A program made the translations under genes and the position numbers. DNA of 29,356 bases, taken from contig JBMSAQ010000003.1 in NCBI GenBank assembly GCA_049414405.1, positions 1 to 29,356 on the forward strand, given 5' to 3'. The number at the start of each line of letters is the position of its first letter. Position 1 is the first letter of the stretch. The DNA comes from Candidatus Nanopusillus sp. GTDB taxonomy: Archaea; Nanobdellota; Nanobdellia; Nanobdellales; Nanobdellaceae. The notes under the pieces are model-generated. The model saw only the letters and a list, made by a program, of their open reading frames with translations, had not been told where the DNA came from and made no database searches. Below, piece after piece: positions 24,699 to 29,356 of the stretch.

Positions 24699-26471
24699 AT
24701 GGATTATACTCCTTTATATATAAAAAATTTATGTTTTAATTGTGGTAACCTAATTTCTTCTTATAGGCTTTCACATAGTCTTCCTTGTGAAAATGATTTA
24801 GATGATAATGAAATATTGGAATTGCTAGATGTAGAGGATGAAAATACCTTTAGAGAGCTTTTATATAGAAAATTATCTGAAAAGAGAAGATTAAAGGATT
24901 ATTTGAACATTTATAATATATATAAAGAAGTTAATAAATTTTCTGAATTTTTTAAAAAGGTAATAAATTCTACCCCGTGGAAAGTACAAATAATGTGGTT
25001 TATTAGATTATATAAAAATAATAGTTTTTCTATGATAGCACCAACCGGTATTGGAAAATCAACATTTATTATAATTTCATCTATTTACTTTTCTAATGAA
25101 TATAACAAAAAGATATTAATAATATTACCTACAAGATTGCTTGTAAAGCAATTTAATGATTTATTTGATAAATTTATAAGCAATTTAAATCTAAATATAA
25201 AGTTTATAGCATATTATGGTGGCAATAAAAAAGAAATTAAAGAAAAGATAAAGAATGGAGAATTTGATATATTAATTATTTCGAATCAATTTTTAACTAA
25301 GAATTTTGAAATATTGGAAGGCAAAAAATTTGATATTGCTTTTGTAGATGATGTAGATTCTTTTTTTAAAGGATCAAAAAATATTGAAAAACTATTTATT
25401 TTAATTGGTTATAATGAAGATGACATAAATATTGCTAAAAAAGTAATAGATCTAAAATTGAATGGTAAATTAGACTTTAATAGTGATTTATATAGAAAGT
25501 TTTTAGAAATTAAAAATAGAAATCATGGGGTACTTGTTTTATCTTCAGCTACAGGTAGTTTAAGGGGAAAGAGGGTCAGATTATATAAAGAATTGGCTAA
25601 CTTCACTATTGGAACTGGAAGTTCAAAGATTAGAAATGTTATAGATGTATATTATGTTCATAAGAAAGATATAAAAGAAGAACTATTAGATCTTTTAAAA
25701 GAGTTGGAAGATGGAGGGTTAATATTTGTTCCAAAAGAAAGAGGAGTGGAATATATGAAAGAAATTTATGATTATCTAATATCAAATAATGTAAAAATTG
25801 GCTTAATATATTCAAAAACTAAGACAAAAGAAATTGAGAGTATATTAAATGATTTTTATGAAGGAAAAATAAATTTCTTAATTAGTATTGCGGATCCATA
25901 TGGAATATTAACTAGAGGGATTAATATGCCAGAAAGAATAAAATATGCAATATTTTTAGGTATACCAAAGATAAGAATAAATATCAAAAATCTCGAAAAA
26001 AATATAGCAAATATAATAATTTTATCCAACTTAATTTTGCCATATATATCCGAGATAGAAAAAGGTAAAATAACAAAAATTCTTACAAGATTGGGAAAAA
26101 ATATAAAAGGATTGTCCTCTGGAGATTTGAAATTAATTTCTGATTTTTTAAATGGAAATAATGTGAAATTGACTGGGTATTTAAAATCTTTTGCTGATGA
26201 TATATTAACATTATATAATCTTTTGAAAATTTATCTTGATAAACCAGAAATATTGGATAAATTAAAAGAGAATTCGAATGTTTCTATAGAAATAGATGCA
26301 AACAAAAATATATATTTAAATATTGTGGATCTTAAAACATATTTACAAGCTTCTGGAAGAACTTCTAGATTATATTCTAGGGGTATATCAAAGGGATTAT
26401 CTATAGTTTTTGTAGATGATCAAAAACTATTAAAATCTCTTGATATGAAATTAAGATATTATTTACTTTAG
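24699..26471 (+). CDS. rgy: Reverse gyrase, helicase-like N-terminal half only (split gene)
   Basis: N-terminal Zn finger CFNCGNLISSYRLSHSLPC, FFKKVINSTPWKVQIMWFIRL, Walker A IAPTGIGKST, motif II FVDDVDSFFKGSKNIEKLFILIGY, SSATGSLRG, GGLIFVP, motif VI YLQASGRTSRLYSRGISKGLSIVFVDD. The ORF stops at aa 590 with no Toprim or topo IA sequence. Confidence 0.88.
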   Translation: MDYTPLYIKNLCFNCGNLISSYRLSHSLPCENDLDDNEILELLDVEDENTFRELLYRKLSEKRRLKDYLNIYNIYKEVNKFSEFFKKVINSTPWKVQIMWFIRLYKNNSFSMIAPTGIGKSTFIIISSIYFSNEYNKKILIILPTRLLVKQFNDLFDKFISNLNLNIKFIAYYGGNKKEIKEKIKNGEFDILIISNQFLTKNFEILEGKKFDIAFVDDVDSFFKGSKNIEKLFILIGYNEDDINIAKKVIDLKLNGKLDFNSDLYRKFLEIKNRNHGVLVLSSATGSLRGKRVRLYKELANFTIGTGSSKIRNVIDVYYVHKKDIKEELLDLLKELEDGGLIFVPKERGVEYMKEIYDYLISNNVKIGLIYSKTKTKEIESILNDFYEGKINFLISIADPYGILTRGINMPERIKYAIFLGIPKIRINIKNLEKNIANIIILSNLILPYISEIEKGKITKILTRLGKNIKGLSSGDLKLISDFLNGNNVKLTGYLKSFADDILTLYNLLKIYLDKPEILDKLKENSNVSIEIDANKNIYLNIVDLKTYLQASGRTSRLYSRGISKGLSIVFVDDQKLLKSLDMKLRYYLL

Positions 26472-26594
26472 TTTAACGTTCATTTAACTTATTTGATTAA
26501 TATTTTAACACTCTTTAACCCTATGTTTATATATTTTTAATACTTTGTTAACGAAAAATTTTAATGCATTAATATAGTTTAATATAACTTTAAC
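26472..26594. repeat. Phased TTTAAC direct repeats in the rgy-tmcA spacer
   Basis: TTTAAC occurs at 26472, 26483, 26504, 26514 and 26589, with GTTAAC at 26547. Start-to-start spacings are 11, 21, 10, 33 and 42 nt, all near multiples of about 10.5. Confidence 0.6.
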
Positions 26595-26629
26595 AAAGGT
26601 TTAATATTCACTTAAACAATTATAAGTAA

Positions 26630-28960
26630 TTGATTGATATGTTATATATGGACATATTGGATGGTTATAATAAATTATTATGTAAAATAATTAGAAGTAA
26701 TTATAGAGGAATCGTTGTTTTATCAGGTAAAGAATATTTCGATATTTTGTCTAATTTGTTAAATATATATTATGAAAAAATTAAAAACTTTAAAAATAAT
26801 ATAAAGATTTTATACGTATCTGAAGATTTTAGTGGGGATTATTTACATAGATTTCAAAAATTAAAAGAAAAGATAGATTTTTTAGATATAGAGAAAATTA
26901 AATATAGAGATTCTAAGAAAATCTTGGGGAAAACATATGACATACTAATTTTAGATATGTATAAATCTCTGACTCCGGATTATATAGGTAGAATTATTGA
27001 AACTTTATCTGGAATGGGTATTGCATTTTTCTTAATTAAAGATTTTAAACATTTTGAAGAGAATTATACAACATTTCATGAGCATTTGTTAACCCCTCCA
27101 TATAAGTTAGAAGATGTAAAAAAATATTTTGAACATAGATTCAAGAATAAGTTACTCCAATATGATAATATAATTATATACGATATGGAAAAAGGGTTAA
27201 TAAAAGGAATAAACGACGAATGTATATTAGAAGAGGCATATCCACCAGAAAGAAAGAAAATATTATTGCCAGAGAATAGAAGATTTTCAGATAGAATATA
27301 TAAATTATGTTTAACACAAGATCAAGTAAACGTTCTTTCCATTTTAGAAAATTTATTAGGCGATGAAAAGTCAATATATCTAATTATTGCAGATAGAGGA
27401 AGGGGGAAAAGCGCTTCTCTCGGTTTAGCAATTTCAGGAATTTCTGAAATATTATTAAATAATAAAAAAGTATATGATGTTGGTATAACATCACCAGAAT
27501 ATAATAATGTAGAAACATTATTTGAATTTCTAAAATCGGGATTAAATAAGAATAATATGAAATATAAAGAAATAGATAAGAGAAAGATAATAGTAAATAA
27601 TAAGATATATATAGAATATAGAAAACCATCTGAAATATTGGAAAAAAGATATGATATATTGTTTGTTGATGAAGCTGCAGGCATTGGTATAAATATATTA
27701 ATGGATTATATTAAAAGATATAATAAAATTGTTTTTTCTTCTACAATTCATGGATATGAAGGAGCAGGTAGATCTTTTTCTGTCAAATTTTTGAAATATT
27801 TAGATTCTTTGAGAGATTTTAAGATATATAAATATAATATGGTTGAGCCAATTAGATATAACGAACAAGACCCAATTGAAAAATGGTTATATGATGCATT
27901 ATTATTAGACTCTGAATATTCAGAAATTAATGAGAGTGATGTGGAATTAATAAAAAATAAGGATGTAAGATTTTATAAAGCACCATTGAAAGAATGGTTG
28001 TATAACGACGATCCAAAAATAAAGAATTTTGTCGGAATATATATTTTGGCACATTACCAAAATAAACCAAATGATATAGCAATGCTTGCTGATGCACCAC
28101 ACCATGATGCATTTGTTTTAGAACTATCAAATGGCAAGATTGTAAATGGTATACATATAGCATATGAGGGTGGTATAAATGATGATACAATCAATAAAAT
28201 GTTAAAAGATTATAAACCAAAAGGAAACATAATACCAGATATAATAGTTAAACATTATAGAATAAGAGAATTTGCTAAATTGAAAGGATTGAGAATTGTC
28301 AGAATTGCTACAATACCAGAAATTCAAGGAATGGGTTTGGGGTCTTTAGCTTTGGACAGCTTATGTAGTTGGGCTAGGGAAAATAATTATGATTGGATCG
28401 GTTCTAGTTTCGGTGTAACTTACGAATTATTGAATTTCTGGCAGAAAAATAATTTTGTATTAGTTCACTTATCTCCAGAAAAAAACAGGGTTTCTGGAGA
28501 GTACTCTGGTATAGTGATAAAATCTCTAAATGAAGAATCAGAAAAAATAGTTAAAAAGCTAAATTATGAATTTAGATGGAGATTAATAAACCAAATATCA
28601 GATGTATATTTTGATTTACCTCCAGAACTAATATTAAAAATGTTAGAAACTTCGTATAAATTTAAGCCACATTTTAAGTTAAATTTGACAGATAACCAAA
28701 TAGAAAGGTTGAAAGGTTATTTATCATCACCAATGACATATGAAGCTGCTGCAGATGTTGCAAAATTAATATATACTTATTATTTACTATATACTGAAAA
28801 AGGTAAACCAAAGATAGATAAAGAAGAATTATTGATCGGAAAATTTTTATTATCATGGAGTTTTGCTAAAATATCAAATTATTTTAAAATCAAGAAGTTT
28901 GAAGCTAGAAGATTGATAAAGAAAAATATTAAAACAATATATAATTGGCTATTCAAGTAG
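26630..28960 (+). CDS. tmcA: tRNA(Met)/RNA cytidine N4-acetyltransferase TmcA (Nat10/Kre33 homologue)
   Basis: Helicase module Walker A IADRGRGKSASLG and Walker B FVDEAAGI, STIHGYEGAGRSF, GNAT acetyl-CoA motif RIATIPEIQGMGLGSLAL, and a C-terminal tRNA-binding-like tail. The track start is a TTG; the ATG at 26639 or 26648 is an equally plausible start. Confidence 0.88.
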   Translation: MIDMLYMDILDGYNKLLCKIIRSNYRGIVVLSGKEYFDILSNLLNIYYEKIKNFKNNIKILYVSEDFSGDYLHRFQKLKEKIDFLDIEKIKYRDSKKILGKTYDILILDMYKSLTPDYIGRIIETLSGMGIAFFLIKDFKHFEENYTTFHEHLLTPPYKLEDVKKYFEHRFKNKLLQYDNIIIYDMEKGLIKGINDECILEEAYPPERKKILLPENRRFSDRIYKLCLTQDQVNVLSILENLLGDEKSIYLIIADRGRGKSASLGLAISGISEILLNNKKVYDVGITSPEYNNVETLFEFLKSGLNKNNMKYKEIDKRKIIVNNKIYIEYRKPSEILEKRYDILFVDEAAGIGINILMDYIKRYNKIVFSSTIHGYEGAGRSFSVKFLKYLDSLRDFKIYKYNMVEPIRYNEQDPIEKWLYDALLLDSEYSEINESDVELIKNKDVRFYKAPLKEWLYNDDPKIKNFVGIYILAHYQNKPNDIAMLADAPHHDAFVLELSNGKIVNGIHIAYEGGINDDTINKMLKDYKPKGNIIPDIIVKHYRIREFAKLKGLRIVRIATIPEIQGMGLGSLALDSLCSWARENNYDWIGSSFGVTYELLNFWQKNNFVLVHLSPEKNRVSGEYSGIVIKSLNEESEKIVKKLNYEFRWRLINQISDVYFDLPPELILKMLETSYKFKPHFKLNLTDNQIERLKGYLSSPMTYEAAADVAKLIYTYYLLYTEKGKPKIDKEELLIGKFLLSWSFAKISNYFKIKKFEARRLIKKNIKTIYNWLFK

Positions 28961-29356
28961 TTAGCCAAATCCACCAATTTCTTCTAATTCTATTTCTAAA
29001 AGTTTTTTAATTCTTATTTGATAAGATGGTGGAAAGTTTTTCAGAATATCATCTGCAAATCCTGTATATATTAATTTTTTAGCTTTCTTTTTATCTATAC
29101 CCAAACTCTGTAAGTAAAATACTTTTTGATCATCAATTTTTTCAGTTTTTGCTTCGTGATTATAATAATTTTTTTTATTGTAAATTTCTATTCTTGGTAT
29201 AGATTCTACTATTCCATTTCCCTCTATTAAAGAGTCACATTTAGATATAACTTTTGAATTCTCAGAATCACTAAATATCTTTATATCTATTCTATTTATA
29301 GCTTTTCCATTTATTGATATTGATTTTGTTACTATATATCCTCTGGAATTTTTTCC
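28961..29356 (-). CDS. SufB/SufD-family Fe-S cluster assembly protein, C-terminal part (5' end beyond window)
   Basis: Hand translation of the minus strand, open to the window edge: ...ESIPRIEIYNKKNYYNHEAKTEKIDDQKVFYLQSLGIDKKKAKKLIYTGFADDILKNFPPSYQIRIKKLLEIELEEIGGFG*. It fits the SufB/D C-terminal pattern (P.LEI....V.A.HEA.vG.id.eqlFYL.sRGi.e.eA..liv.GF). Its stop (28961-28963) directly abuts the tmcA stop (28958-28960). Confidence 0.75.
   Translation of the reverse strand, partial: GKNSRGYIVTKSISINGKAINRIDIKIFSDSENSKVISKCDSLIEGNGIVESIPRIEIYNKKNYYNHEAKTEKIDDQKVFYLQSLGIDKKKAKKLIYTGFADDILKNFPPSYQIRIKKLLEIELEEIGGFG

Noticed and set aside
26472-26629. TTTAAC-repeat spacer as a replication origin (ORB/mini-ORB elements).
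   Set aside because: The repeats do not resemble the ORB/mini-ORB consensus as I recall it, which includes a G-rich element. No orc1/cdc6 gene is adjacent, and GINS lies 2 kb away on the other side of rgy. This is kept only as a low-probability alternative in the finding.
532-28856. Shorter ORFs in the supplied track that lie antisense to or inside the long genes: 532-732, 1674-1913, 1706-2128, 2043-2279, 3238-3582, 3990-4316, 4707-4904, 5837-6142, 7596-7826, 8281-8490, 8497-8685, 11618-11911, 13065-13355, 13638-14078, 15001-15186, 16542-16784, 18559-18744, 23766-24047, 24263-24580, 27174-27374, 27322-27684, 27384-27629, 27927-28190 and 28674-28856.
   Set aside because: Each lies largely or wholly within a longer ORF that has clear family motifs or better composition. 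Their F/L/S/Y/I-rich, low-complexity translations are what the antisense or off-frame reading of K/E/N-rich AT-biased genes produces. Stop codons are also rare on some frames of such DNA.
1-29356. CRISPR arrays, split tRNA half-genes, tRNA introns, IS elements, integrases and prophage remnants.
   Set aside because: No regularly spaced direct repeats of CRISPR size were seen. The only GC-rich islands are the three complete, intron-free tRNAs. No transposase, integrase or terminal inverted-repeat signatures appear in any frame.

Overview
This is a very A+T-rich (about three quarters A+T by eye), very gene-dense archaeal chromosomal segment. In 29.4 kb it carries about 33 protein-coding genes, 3 GC-rich tRNAs (Arg-TCG, initiator-type Met-CAT, Gln-TTG) and 2 candidate C/D box sRNAs. 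Many genes overlap by 4-8 nt, and TATA-like boxes sit about 25-30 nt upstream of start codons, as in leaderless transcripts. Content is mostly information-processing housekeeping: family-B DNA polymerase, GINS, RtcB, Pelota, aIF2-alpha, Nop10, RpoN, Alba, S17e, L44e, TmcA, a TtuA/Ncs6-like tRNA thiolase, a NOL1/NOP2/Sun m5C methyltransferase, pyrophosphatase, a YchF-like GTPase and SufB/D. These genes are scattered rather than arranged in the usual archaeal operons. GC-rich tRNAs in an AT-rich genome plus a reverse gyrase gene point to a (hyper)thermophile. The reverse gyrase ORF stops after its helicase-like half; with the scrambled gene order and compaction, this fits a Nanoarchaeota-like reduced genome (inference, not verified). 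I saw no CRISPR array, transposase, integrase, prophage or recognisable defence system. Most noteworthy observations: (1) a stand-alone helicase half of reverse gyrase; (2) two intergenic C/D box sRNA candidates with C-12nt-D'-spacer-C'-12nt-D geometry; (3) a cluster of three NxS/T-sequon-rich surface or membrane proteins, one built of three Cys-pair modules, lying two genes downstream of an A24-type prepilin/preflagellin-peptidase-like gene; (4) a Cys-free AOR-like protein whose stop codon lies inside tRNA-Arg; (5) helically phased TTTAAC repeats in the 158-bp spacer upstream of tmcA; (6) a coiled-coil protein pair coupled to polB. I could not identify a clear-cut novel multi-gene system, so these candidates carry modest scores. 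All protein calls rest on motif recognition from memory; no searches were run.
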